From assembly GCA_030390025.1 (NCBI GenBank), contig CM059425.1:170564001-170628000 (forward strand): a DNA stretch of 64,000 bases, given 5' to 3'. The stretch's first letter is position 1. Every line of letters begins with the position of its first letter. This DNA comes from Squalus acanthias (Eukaryota). Positions 33,992-46,392 of the stretch are shown in pieces. Made by a program: the position numbers and the translations under genes. The notes under the pieces are model-generated. The model was not told the DNA's origin, did no database searches, and saw nothing but the letters and a program-made list of their open reading frames with translations.

Positions 33992-36083
33992 GGCCGCGAT
34001 TTTGCCTACCTTGGCGGGATTGGTGCGGCTGGGGTCGATGGCGGGGTGCAACCCCACTATTGGCTCCATCCTGCTCTATGAAAAGAATTTTACACTGATT
34101 GGGCTTGTTAAGCCCGCCCAGCGCATTTCCCAGCCAATTGAAGGAAACGGGAGAGCTGATGTCACTTGATGACACGTAATCAGCCGGTTTCCTTAAAGGG
34201 ACCATGCGCAAATTGTTTTTGACAGTTGTGCTGTCAGTGTTCTACAGCATTGAGGTGCTGCAAACACTGACGAGCACTGCACAGAGGTGCACGGCTGCAC
34301 CCAGGCTCTCCCATCACAGCACGCAAGGAGCTCCTCTTCCCTTCCAATGGGCGGAAGAGACCTCCCCAGGAGATCAACACAGCCTGGTTGCACATTGTAC
34401 AGGAGGACACAAGCAGGGATGTCGGCAGGAGGACCAGGCTGCAGTGGCGCAAACCTTTCAATGATCTCAGTAGATCACAAACGTTACTGTAAAGCCACAC
34501 TCAACCTCATCCTACTGTGCCATCCATCACATCCCCATCACTCTGCCTTCCCTACCCTACTCCTGCACATCAGTACAAACACCAACTTACCTTGCACCTC
34601 CACCCATCCCTCTCTATCTACATCCCTCTCTATCTACATTACAAGGACACCCTCAAAGCCTCCTTGAAAAAGTGTAACATCCCCACCGACACCTGGGAAT
34701 CCCTGGCCCAAGACCGCACAAAGTGGAGGAGAAGCATCCGGGAAGGTACCGAACACCTCGAGTCTCTTCGCCGGGAGCATGCGGAAGTCAAGCGCAGGCA
34801 CCGCAAGGAGCGCACGTCAACCCAAGCACCCCACCCACCTGCCCCTTCAACCACCGTCTGCCCCACCTGTGACAGAGACTGTAGGTCCTGCATTGGACTC
34901 ATCAGTCACCTGCGAACTCATTTTTAATGTGGAAGCAAGTCATCCTCGGTTCCGAGGGACTGCCTAAGAGATGAGATGATGACATCACTTCCCCATCTCA
35001 CTAGCCACCCCTCACACTCATCCTAGTCCAATCATATCAACTAACAACATGCAAGGGAAGGCACTTGGATGTTTTAGCAAATGTTCATGTGATGTTTCTG
35101 GTAATGTGCTGTCAAACATTGAAATCTTTATTTTCAACACTTTGCGTTCTTGGACAGATTTGTGTGTACCTTTGGAAGTGGCTTAGTGAGTAGTAGTGAA
35201 TGGTGAGGCATAACGGTACCCCCTGCAATGACGATGAGTGTGAAAGGAATGGCCCGGGCATTGTAGAGATGCTTTATGGTATTGGTGTGGGGTGGTGCCA
35301 ACCTGGCGTATCATGTGGCAGCCAGGGTGTACAGCGTCAAGTGAAGTAAATCTGGCCATGGTGAGGCCATCCCTGGCGTCCTGGGCAGCAATGTGGTCGG
35401 GTGCTGATGCCCTGGGTCCTGTACAGCATCAGTTGATTGCAGAGAAGGTTGGTGTTGTTGTTGATGCTGCTGGTGTGCCTGGTGCTGCTGGTGTTGGGGC
35501 TGATCATGGTGGGATTCTGAAGACCAAGTTGAGGTAATTTCAAGGGCACCAATGCTGATGGAATAGATGGCAGGTGAGGTTGAGATGACAGAAGTGATCT
35601 GTCAATGGTGAGGGAGGTTGTTCCAATGAGGTGACACTGGATAGAGAGTTTGTTCAAAACACTTGCAACCTGCATAAAGCTCAATCTGTCTTCCAAATGC
35701 AGTAAGCAACCTTGCAAAGTGGAGGCCTATGAAATGGAGCTTTTATAGACCATTTGCAGCTGTCAAGTTAAGAAATCATCCATGCTGACAACACCCGAGC
35801 TCCTTATCAGACGTGATCCCCGAGCAGCAGGGAAGCTGTTAGCGAACTCTAAAAATCTAAAGGTGAGCTTAAAATAATATTTAATTGCCTCTTAACAATC
35901 TCTCTAATGATCTAAATTGCCTCCCCTGCCGCTTAGTGTCGGATCTATTCAGCGATGACAGACCCGACATCTGGGGGACTAGCATGGAGGCGGGTTGATA
36001 GCGGGTTCCCTACCCGCTGTCAAAAAAAAACATTTTCCCAGCCGACTCACCACCAACCGCTGACCCCCCGAAAAATTCCAGCC
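33992..36083. mobile_element. Non-autonomous Harbinger derivative, inverted sister of 26395-28338
   Basis: Termini GGCCGCGATTTT / AAAAATTCCAGCC; flanks AGA/ATA; colinear with the reverse complement of 26395-28338. Confidence 0.9.
34638..34982 (+). mobile_element. RTE LINE 3' fragment nested in the Harbinger element
   Basis: KDTLKASLKKCNIPTDTWESLAQDRTKWRRSI...CPTCDRDCRSCIGLISHLRTHF* is nearly identical to the RTE at 1263-2470. Confidence 0.93.
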
Positions 36084-36138
36084 ATAGTCACTCCCCAATG
36101 CCTTCAGGCAAAGATTCATTTAACCCTAACTATGTCAT

Positions 36139-36385
36139 TGTTGAGGCTGCCGCGAAACACGAATTGAGACTGAATCCATGTGTGGAAAAGAAAGACTTTT
36201 TAATACAACTGCATGGTCCAAAATGGCTGAACAGACTGCTCCCAGAATTCTCTGGCAAAACCCTGAGGCACCGCCCACTTCTTTTCTCCTGCCTTAAAGG
36301 CAAGGTGCCTTAAAGGCAAGGTGCTTGATATATTGTCCACGGACGGAAAAGTGGATTATGCCCGTTTAGGTGGCGATCCGCCACA
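36139..36385 (-). repeat. 3' LTR (247 bp, contains a 16-bp tandem duplication)
   Basis: Direct repeat of 40243-40473 with 6 substitutions; TGCCTTAAAGGCAAGG is duplicated. Confidence 0.96.
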
Positions 36386-36405
36386 CAGCTCCCCCCAGAA
36401 TCCGC

Positions 36406-39400
36406 TTAGGAGGTGTGGACGAGACGGTGCAGCGGTCTGATGGGCCGGCCGGAGCGGCTCTTGTAGGACACCGGTGGACGTGGAATGGCCGGGCGTGGAG
36501 CAGCCGGGTGAACCGGCTTGAGGGCAGGTCGGCCGCGTGGAGGTGGATGAGCTACAGGGACCTGCTCACCGGGCTCCGAGTGTGCTGGCTTGAGTCGGTC
36601 AACCGACACTTTTTCGGTCCTGTCGCCCACTTGCAGGGTGAAAAATTTGTCCCCAGCCTGTAGCACCTTGTAGGGCCCGTCATACGGGAGTTGAAGGGGT
36701 CCGCGGTGGGCGTCGTGCCGGACGAAAACGAACCTGCTGCAGGCTTAGTGGGACGTGTGAGGTGGATTCGCCGTGTCGGGCAATGGGCACCGGGGCGAAC
36801 TGCAGCGCCGGTGAGGTGAAGTCGTGGCGTTGCTGGTCGGCTGACCAGGGTGTCGTGGCGGTGGGCAGGAACTCGCCGGGTACGCGCAGCGGCTGACCGT
36901 ACATGAGCTCTGCTGCCGATGCGTGGAGGTCTTCTTTAACCGCGGTGCGCAGGCCGAGGAGGACCCACGGAAGTCGGTCGGTCCAGGCGCCGTCCTGGAG
37001 GCTGGCTCGAAGAGATGCCTTCAAGGATCTGTGAACCGCTCACACAGTCCGTTGGCTTGGGGGTGGTACGCTGTGGTGCGGTGAATGGTCACCCCGAGAT
37101 TGCGTGCGACGGTGGTCCAGAGTTCAGAGGTAAATTGCGGACCTCTGTCCGACGTCATGTCGGAGGGGACGCCGAACCGTGCGACCCAGGTGCTGACGAA
37201 GGCTCTGGCGATGTCGGCGGTGGTGGTAGAGGTCAGTGGAATTGCCTCGGGCCAGCGCGTGGTGCGGTCAACGATCGTCAGCAAGTGCGTGTGGCCTTGC
37301 GACGGCAGCAGGGACCCGACGATGTCCATGTGGATGTGGTCGAATCTCCGCGAGGGGACAGTAAACTCCTCAAGGGGTGCTTTCGTGTGTTGCTGTACCT
37401 TGGCCCGTTGGCAGGCTAGGCAGGAGTTGGCCCAAGTACGCACATCCTTGCGAAGGCCGCGCCAGACGAAGCGGTTGGCTACCAATTTGATGGATGCGCG
37501 GGTGGGAGAGGTTGTGGAGAATGTCGAATACCCGGCGGCGCCAGGACGCTGGGACGACGGGCCGAGGTTGACATAGGGATATGTCGCACTTGACCGTGAC
37601 TGCGGTCGGGCCACAGGCGACGTCGGCCAGGCGTAGCCCTGGTAGGTTGGTAGGTGCGGAGAGCAGATCAGGGTCGGTGATCTGGTCTGCTGCGAGTTGA
37701 GCGTAGTCAACTGCCAGGTGTGCGGCGTGGATGGCGGGGCAGGAGAGGCAGTCGGCTACCACATTGTCTCGGCCGGAGACGTGTTGGATGTCCGTGGTGA
37801 ACTCGGACACTGCCGCGAGCTGGCGCTGCTGCCTGGCGGACCAGGGGTCGGTTGTCTTTGCCATTGCAAATGTCAGGGGCTTGTGGTCGACAAACGCAGT
37901 GAAAGGGTGGCCCTCAAGCAAAAACGAAAATGGCGGACCGCCAGGAACAGCGCGAGGAGCTCGCGGTCGAAGGTGCTGTACTTGACCTCCGGGGGGCGTA
38001 GTTGGCGGCTGAAGAAGGCAAGTGGTTGCCAGGCGCCGTCGACCCACTGCTCATACACAGCGCCGACCGCGTGGTCGGAGGCATCCGTGGTGAGCGCTAC
38101 CCTGGCATTGGGCCGTGGGTGCGCGAGCAGGGTGGCGTTGGCGAGCGCGGTCTTGGTGGAGTCGAAGGCGGCGGACGCGTCTGCCGTCCATTCGACCGCC
38201 ATCTTGCCGCTCCTGCCCCGGAGGGCTTCATACAGGGGCCTCATGAGGGACGCCGCTTTGGGGATGAAGCGGTTACAGAAATTCACCATCCCGAGGAACC
38301 CCTGGAGGCCTTTGATGGTGGTGGGGCGGGGAAATTGTTGGACGGCCTGCACCTTGGTGGGCAGGGGAATGGCCCCAGCATGGGTGATGTGGTGGCCGAG
38401 GAAGTCGATCTTGTCCAGGCCGAACTGGCATTTGGCTGGGCTGAGGATGAGCCCGTGGTCGCTGAGGCGCCCGAACAGGATGCGAAGGTGTTCGAGGTGT
38501 TCCTTCTTGGAGGAACTGACTACCAGGATGTCGTCCAGGTAGACGAACAGGAACTTCAGGTCCCGAAGGACCGAGTCCATGAGCCGTTGGAATGCCTGGG
38601 CCGCGTTTTTGAGGCCGAAGGGCATCCACAGGAACTCGAACAGGCCGATGGGGGTGATTACGGCCGTCTTGGGGACGTCCGCGGGGTGGACGGGGACTTG
38701 GTGGTAGCCACGCACCAGGTCAACCTTGGAAAAGACTGAGCGGCCAGCCAGTCTAGCCGAGAAATCCTGAATGTGCGGCACGGAGTACCGATCAGGGGTG
38801 GTGGCGTCGTTGAGGTGGCGGTAATCCCCGCAGGGGCGCCAACCCCCGCCTGGTTTGGTGGCGATGTGGAGTGGGGTGGCCCAGTGACTGTTGGAGCGGC
38901 GGATGATGCCGAGCTGTTCCATGGTGGCAAACTCGGTCCGCGCGATCTCCAGTTTGGCCAGGTCCAGCCTGCGGGCGTGGGCGTACACTGGGGGGCCTGT
39001 GGTGGGGATGAAGTGTTCCACCCAGTGTTTGGCGGCCTCCGCGGAGAAGGTCGGATTGGTAAGGGCCGGGAATTCGGCCAGGAGTGCCGAGTAGTCATCC
39101 GTGGCCCGGGCGTAGCACTGTGACGCCATGTCGGCGGGTTGACGGGGGGCCATGGCGCCCAGGATGGGGGTCATGGTGTTCATGTCCACGAGGCGGTGAC
39201 GAGGGATGTCTACCAGTAGGCCGTGGGCGCACAGGAAATCTGCGCCGATGAGAGGGGAATGCACCTTGGCAGTGATGAACTCCCATCGGTAGCGGCGACC
39301 AGCGAGGTCGAGGGTGACTGTCCAGGTGCCGTACGTCCGGATTTCCGAGCCGTTAGCAGCAGCCAGCGCCGGTCCTCGTTCGCCCTTTTGGATGTCGAGG

Positions 39401-40202
39401 GCGGAGGCCGGGATGATGCTGTGCTGAGCTCCAGTGTCGCACAGGAACCGGCGGGCGGTTTTGTCATCCGTGACGTACAGCAGGGAGCGCGCGTGGCCCA
39501 CGGCCATCACGGGGGCTGGTACGGGGGCGGACTTGAAAGAGCAGGGAGGTGTGCACCGTTGTGCCCTGGCGCCGAACCGTGCGTGGTAGTAACAGTGGCC
39601 CGGGTTAGTGGGGCGCGAAGGCCCCGTGGGCCTGGTGGCTGGTCCTTGTGGCCGCGTGGTGGCCGGTGAGGGGCGTGCCCAGGCATTGGCTGCCAGGTCC
39701 GGAGTGACATCGCGGCTGGAGTGAGCGGACAGCAGCTTGTCGGCCTCATCGGCCAGGGCTTCCAGGTTCATGAGGCCTACGCCACGATCGCTGGGCGGAT
39801 GCTGAGAGGGAGCTGGCGGATGAACAGCGTGCGGAAGAGGGATCCGGGTGGGCTCTCGTCGGTGAGGGAGAGCATGTGGGAGAGGAGGTCTGACGGTGAG
39901 GCATCACCGAGGCCTGGAAGGTCGAGGAGGTGGCAGTTTCGCTGATATGCCGAGGCCGTAAATTTTTTAAGGAGCGCTGCCTTGAGATGTGCATACTTGC
40001 CTTCCTCTGGTGGGTCCTGCAGCGCTGTCCAAACCTTCGAAACTTTGGCACTACCGAGTGATGTGACGAGGTAGTTGTACTGCGTCCCATCTGTGGTGAT
40101 GTTTCGCAGCCGGAAGCGAGATTCAGCTTGGAGAAACCAGGCTTCGGGCTGGTTTTCCCAAAACTCCGGCAGTTTCACGGAAACTGCGTTCGTGTCTGCC
40201 AT
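36406..40202 (-). pseudogene. gag-pol polyprotein with several frameshifts
   Basis: Gag VKLPEFW..QPEAWF and CYYHARFGARAQRCTPPC; PR FLCDTGA; RT WRPCGDYR, PFGLKNA, YLDD; RH TDASD, DRELLA, DHKPL; IN HMDIVG, SDRGPQF, YHPQANGLCER, PYDGPY. Confidence 0.95.
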
Positions 40203-40242
40203 TGCAGTGCTCGGAATACGTTCTGAGCGTCGGGGTCACCAA

Positions 40243-40473
40243 TGTTGAGGCTGCCGCGAAACACGAATTGAGACTGAATCCATGTGTGGAAAAGAAAGAC
40301 TTTTTAATACAACTGCATGGTCCAAAATGGCTGAACAGACTGCTTCCAGAATTCTCTGGCAAAATCCTGAGGCCCCGCCCACTTCTTTTCTCCTGCCTTA
40401 AAGGCAAGGTGCTCGATATATTGTCCACGGACGGAAAAGTGGATAATGCCCGTTTAGGTGGTGATCCGCCACA
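40243..40473 (-). repeat. 5' LTR (231 bp)
   Basis: Adjacent to the PBS; direct repeat of 36139-36385. Confidence 0.96.
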
Positions 40474-41420
40474 TCACCTTTCTTATATCTTTCTGTTCCC
40501 CCTCCACTAGTAAAACAAGATTATGATGCTCATTTCAACCAGTATTGATGCTTTAAGAAATAATTAATACATTGGCGGAAGGACAGTTCTGGCAGGGGAT
40601 CTGTACCCGAGGTGTTGGACTGTCATCTTTTTACAAATGCTGACAAACCTGTTATGTGTTTCCAACATTTATATTATGAATTTCCTGCAATTTTTATCTC
40701 CCCTAGTATCTTGCCTTTTTGTGTGTTTCTTTCCCATGTCTTTGCACTGCCTTACTTAGCTATTTTCACACCCTTCTGTGTTTGTAATGCCTTTTCATTG
40801 TCTCACAGAGATGATCTTTGAATGTCATCCAACTTCTTACCAGCTTATCAAAAGAACTGTTTCCTGGCCCATTAACTGATCTAACAGGAGTCAGCATTTC
40901 TCCCTCATGACTTCTACCCATCATTCACTTCCCTTTCACTTTGTTTTATTCAGTTCTATTCAGACTTATTATCAGATCTAATGAAGAATCTGCACCCAAA
41001 ATGATTTTTTGTTTTTAGGTGCCTATGGATCTACTGTGTAGTTCCAGCATTATCTGATTTTTTTTTTATCATTAACTTGCTCTGATAGCAGAAGAACTAT
41101 GAGAGCATACAGTAGAATACTAGGGGCTAGAAATTCATTATAGCCCAGTAATGGGCAGTAAAATTAGAAAAGCTGGAGAATTAGTGCCAGGTGCTAATGC
41201 TTTAGACTGCACGCAAAATTAAGTCTCACTGCTCAAAGAAATAATTGGAGCACTAATTCAAGCCTTAAAACCCAAGCTCATTGGTGTTACACTCAAAGGG
41301 TGGACCAATATCAGGTGCAGTCTAATCGCAAGTCATCATTGCCATAGGCTTATCCCAGTTCTCAAAGTGGAGGTTCACTGATGCTGCAGAACCACACTCT
41401 CATCAAGCAGCAGCAGGTCA

Positions 41421-41790
41421 AGTAGAATCATAGAATCTTTACAGCACAGAAGGAGGCCATTCGCCCCATCAAGCCCGTGCCAGCTCTCTGCAAGAGCACT
41501 TCAGCTAGTCCCACTCCCCCGCCCTTTCCCCGTAGCCCTGAAAAAAAAATTCCTTCAGATAGTTATCCAATTCCCTTTTGAAAGCCACGATTGAATCTGC
41601 CTCCACCACCCTTTCAGGCAGTGCATTCCAGATCCTAAACACTCGCTGCGTAAAAAAGTTTTTCCTCATGTCGCCTTTGGTTCTTCTGCCAATCACCCTA
41701 AATCTGTGTCCTCTGGTTCTTGACCCTTCTGCCAATGGGAACAGTTTCTCTCTATCTGCTCTGTCTAGACCCCTCATGATTTTGAACACT
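41421..41790 (-). mobile_element. CR1 3' fragment
   Basis: VFKIMRGLDR..REKLFPLAEGSRTRGH...FFTQRVFRIWNALP with a (TAGAATCA)n tail. Confidence 0.9.
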
Positions 41791-41999
41791 GTAACAAGAG
41801 GCACTAAGGGATTGCACAAGGGTGAATAGTTCATATTGTTGTTGTAAATATGTGTTCACTGATTCTTGATAAATTTATTAATTCAGTTTGGATTCTTTTG
41901 TGGTGTCTCTCATTTCAGCTTTGCGCTGTGATATGGTGTGTGACAGGGATGGAATGATGGGAATGTGGTGAGCAATGGGGATCTGGGGTTTAATTTATT

Positions 42000-43149
42000 G
42001 GAACCACAGTCTGATGAGCCGATCACGGACCGCCCTTCCAGAAGGCCAATTGAGTGGCTGCCTCCTCGCTCGCTCCTGTTCCTCCTCCTCCTCCTTGTTG
42101 TCCTCCTCGTCTTCCTCTTCCTCCTCATCCTCCTCCTCTCCCTCTTCCTCCTCCCTGAAGTGGCCCCGCAATCCCTGGTGGCAAGGGCTGGGCCCTCATG
42201 ATGGCCAAGTTGTGGAGCATGCAGCAGACCACCACGAAATGGGACACCCGCTCCGGCGAAAACTGGAGGACTCCTCCCGAGCGGTCAAGGCAGCGGAACC
42301 ATTGCTTGAGCACCCCGATGGTCTGCAGGATGATGTTCCTTGTGGTGGCATAGCTCTCATTATGAGTGCTGGGCAGCAGTGTTGGGGTTGCGGAGGGGAG
42401 TCATGAGCCAGGTGGAGAGTGGATAGCCCTGGTCTCCAAGCAGCCAGCCGCGAGCTTGACGTGGTGGCTAGAAGAGTGCTGGCACAGGATGAAGACATCA
42501 TGGCAGCTGCCAGGATAGCGGGCATTCACATTGAGGTTTGCTGTCTGTGGTCGCACACCAACTGCACATAAAGTGAGTGGTAGCCTTTGCGGTTACGGAA
42601 TACCTCAGGATTGTTATGCGGTGCCCGCAAAGCCACGTGGCTGCAGTCAATGGCACCCTGCACCATGGGAAATCCCGCTATCCTGGCAAAGCCACATGCA
42701 CACTCGTCCTGCTTCTCTCTGGTGATGGGGAAGAAAATGTAGTCCCTTCTCCTACTCTGTGACCTCCCGGATGCAGCGATGGATGGTGAACTTTGAGATG
42801 TTAGCTATGTCTCCTATTGCAGACTGGAAGGATCCGCTGGTGAAGAAATTGAGGGCCACGGTGGCCTTGACTGCCGAGAGTCGTGGTCGCCCTGATCTGA
42901 GGCTGGAGGTCTGGTTGCAGGAGGTGGCAGAGTTCTGTGACCACCTCCTTGATGAAGCGGAGCCATCTAATACACTGCTCCTTGCTTCATTGGAGGTAGG
43001 AGAAGTGCTCTTGGAATACCCTCGGAGGGTAATGTCTGCTGTTGAGAGCCCCGATGGCCCTTCTCCTGGCCACATCTTCCAGTCTTTCTCGCTCCCTCCA
43101 CCGTAGATCCTGGAGGGCCAGGTCGACTGCCAGTACAGCCCCCATTAAT
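42000..43149 (-). pseudogene. HARBI1-like transposase, second family, decayed
   Basis: AVKATVALNFFTSGSFQ...[41 protein letters not shown]; acidic tail. Confidence 0.88.
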
Positions 43150-44229
43150 GTAAGCCAAGTGCAGCACTTTGATATTTTTTAAGAATAAATGTAACTACTG
43201 TTTAGTTACCACAACACTCCTGATACAAAAGAACCTTTAAATTCCTGAATTAAACTGTTGCACAATGTCAAACTGACAAGAAAGCATTGAAACTCCATTA
43301 ACCTGACAGCTGTGACGCATTTCTCACGTTCCCTTTAAGTAACATCCCTGGAGTCGGCTTCCACCTGCTTGACACCTCTTCTCCCTGTCGCTGTCTGGTT
43401 GAGGTGCTAAGGTTGGTGGCGAAAATGAATTTTGCAGTTCAAGTGCCCAGTGAGCGTTGCATACTCACTGACGTCACGATCTGCCTGCCGTTGAAGTCCC
43501 CGGCGGTAACTCGTACCGGCGGCGCAGCGGGGGGTCCGGATTTGCCATGCGGTGCTGGATTCGCCTTGCGCTGGTGCTACTGCATCAGTGCCCTGTTAGT
43601 GCCAGCTGCTGGCGCTAACAGGAGGCGCTAACCAACTGAATTTTTCCCCCTAAAAGTTTACGACACAGAAGGGCACCATTTGGCCGATCAGATCTGTCCC
43701 GGCTCTTTGCTAAAGTGATCCAAACCTAATCCCACTGCCCTGCTCTCTCTCCCCATAGCCCTGTATCTTCCTTACTTCAAATGTTTCTCTACTCTTCCCT
43801 TAAAAGATGCAATGGTTTCTGACTCAACCATTCCCTGTTGCGAAGAATTTCCTGTTCCAATAACTCTGTGTAAAAGAAATTCCTCTGGTCTCTCTCCTCA
43901 CTCCCAGTGACAAGTTTAAATTGCTGCCCCCTCGTCACTGACTCCCCAACCAGAGGAAATAGCCTTTCTTATTGGCTCTATCAAAACCCTTTATAGTTTG
44001 CATGCAGCACCTTGAGTATCTTATAACATCACTGGTGAGCACTGTGGTCACCCAATGCATTGGAGTTGCAAGGTATGTCAAAACAGAGTAAAGAAAGAAA
44101 GAACTTATATTGAGACAGCGCCTTTCACAACCGCAGGACGTCCCAATGAGCTTTACAGCTAACTGAAGTATTTTGAAGCGTAGTGATAGTTGTAATAATG
44201 TCAGCCCACATCTTTGACTCCCACACATT

Positions 44230-44875
44230 GGGGAATTTTAACCGAGAGGGTTGGGGGAGTTAAATTCTTAAAAATGGGAAACCTGACCTCAAACCCAACC
44301 CGCCGCAGACTTGCCTACTTCTGGTTTAAGCCAGGGGGGGTTGGGGAACACGCGACTAACTTGCTCGAGAGTTGGGTCGGTAATTAGAATATGTTAATAA
44401 GGGTGCCCGCCTCAGACTTTGGCAGCCATTTGGATTTAATGGCGGCGAGCTGGGTTTCCCAGGGCTTGGCAAACTGAGCAACTAAAGGGAGGCGAGAACT
44501 CCCAGATCTGACAGGTAAGTACTTTTCCAGCACTGCTTGTGGGCCAGGAGGAGGAGGAGTACTTCCCCCAGCCCCCCAAGCAAACCTGCCACCATCTGCC
44601 GACCTCCCCCACCCCCCGCAAACTCCAGAACACTCCGCGATCTCTCACCCCCACCCCCACCAGCCGTCTCTCCCTTCCTGCCTCCCTCCTCTCCGGTCCC
44701 TTGCTGCGGCCTTCTACCGAAGGTCTTCCTGCCCGACAACCAGCCAGCCCCGTAATTGGGCAAGAAACGGTGTAACAAAACTCGGCAGGACCACCGCGTT
44801 TCCCATATTTCTGGATTTCCCGGCCACTGACATTTGCCCGCACTCCGTCCCCGCCTCCCCGTAAATATCGGGGTC
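44230..44875. mobile_element. Harbinger-type MITE
   Basis: TSD ATT/ATT (44227-44229, 44876-44878); GC-rich; sister copy at 32945-33810. Confidence 0.7.
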
Positions 44876-45389
44876 ATTGACTCCTGATTGAACGGCACTG
44901 TTATACTTCAGTTATCAGTTTGAGATTGCTCCCTGCTTAGAGTGATGCAGAGCTGGGAGTAGAGCTATAGTCCTGACTTTGCTTTGCTCTTTGGCCAAAC
45001 AAAGAGAAGCTCTGTGTATGCATGCAAAAAGCTCTGCTCATCGCTATCCAAATGACAATATTTTTTTTAACGTAGTATAGAATCAACAGGATAATCAGTT
45101 TAATGCTAGCTTTAAAAAGCTAAAATTGAAGCATGCACAGCACATGCCTAAACCCGGAACTTGCGCGGCCCTTACAGGCGTGTACACACAAATTACGGCC
45201 CAATGTAAATTCTTTACACAAGAGAGTGGTGAGAATGTTAAGTTCATTTTGCAACTGTTGCAATGATACTGTAGCTGGTGTGAAAGAAAAGCAAGACTTC
45301 TTCCTTCTTCAGTTGGTTTCATATTGCTTTGGTAAACTACATCAAGGCTGAGGCCAGATGGTAAACTGAAGGTTCTGCACCAATTCAAC

Positions 45390-46142
45390 GGCCCTGAATT
45401 TGCGGTCGGAGGCTTCCCGCGGGGAAATGCCTCCGATCTGCAAATAAAATGCCCGTGTACCTGGGGCCTCGGGATCTACAGAGACTGGCGGTCCTGGGGC
45501 TCTCCGGGTACCCGCGGGCAGAGGCCCACGTATCCCAGGGGCGCACGCAGTTCACAAGCACCCCTGGGATCATGTGAGCCGGACCAACAAATGACAGAAG
45601 GGAATCCCAATTCATGCTTATGATGATTCCATTTCTACCGGAAACCTAATAAGCTGGGAATACCCCCAAAAATACATGTACACATCAAATAAATAAAATA
45701 AAAAATCACATATTTAAAATTAATTAAAATTGCATTTAATTAAATATTTAAAACAAAAATTAAATGTTTTGAAAAATAAATGTACATGTTTTAAAGGGGC
45801 TAAAATAAACTTACCTTATTTAACAAGTTTTTAATTGTATAAAATATTGATAAAATTTTATTTTTCTGTTTAGTAAAACTCTTATGCTGGTAAAAGCAGG
45901 CTTTATGCCTGCTTTTACCAGGCATAAGAATTTCACAGGTAATCGCTGGGCAGAAGTTGGGCAAATAGCCCAATCTCTCTGCCCACGGATGCCCTTTTCC
46001 CGGGGATGCGAGCGATCCTTGACAGATCGCAAGTTCCAGGTTTTAGCGCATGCACAGCTTATGCCTAAACCCGGAACGTGCACGGTCCTTATGGGCGTGT
46101 ACACACCTCGTACGCACCTGTAGGGGCCGCAAATTACGGCCC
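45390..46142. mobile_element. Harbinger-type MITE with an AT-rich centre
   Basis: TIR GGCCCTGAATTTGCGG / CCGCAAATTACGGCCC; flanks AAC/AAT; internal palindrome TGGTAAAAGCAGGC..GCCTGCTTTTACCA. Confidence 0.85.
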
Positions 46143-46149
46143 AATGTAA

Positions 46150-46392
46150 ATTCTTTACACAAGAGTGGTGAGAATGTGAAACTCACTGCCACATGGAGCG
46201 GGTGAATCCGCTAGGATTGATACATTTAAGGAGAGGCTTGATGCATACATGAGCGAGAAGGGAATAGAGGGATATGACGGCAGGGGGAAGAGGTCATTTG
46301 AGAGGGAGGAGGTGCATGTGAAGTATAAACATCGGCATAGACCAGTTGGTTCGAATGGTTTGTTTCTGCTGTACATCCTATGTAATTCTATG
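46150..46392 (+). mobile_element. CR1 3' tail
   Basis: TTCTTTACACA-AGAGTGGTGAGAATGTG...CTATGTAATTCTATG. Confidence 0.75.

Larger units (their letters stand above)
36139..40473 (-). mobile_element. Full-length Gypsy LTR retrotransposon, CsRn1-like clade
   Basis: Paired TG..CA LTRs; 4-bp TSD TCAT/TCAC; PBS TGGTGACCCCGACG (tRNA-Trp) at about 40228-40241; PPT GGGGGGAG at about 36389-36396; domain order gag-PR-RT-RH-IN. Confidence 0.97.
41123..43649. mobile_element. Harbinger element with decayed transposase (-) and a nested CR1 fragment
   Basis: Termini GGGGCTAGAAATTCA / TGAATTTTTCCCC; TSD CTA/CTA. Confidence 0.85.

Noticed and set aside
37015..39945. Long + strand ORFs (for example 37697-38542 and 38002-38739)
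   Set aside because: Antisense shadows of the GC-rich Gypsy pol.
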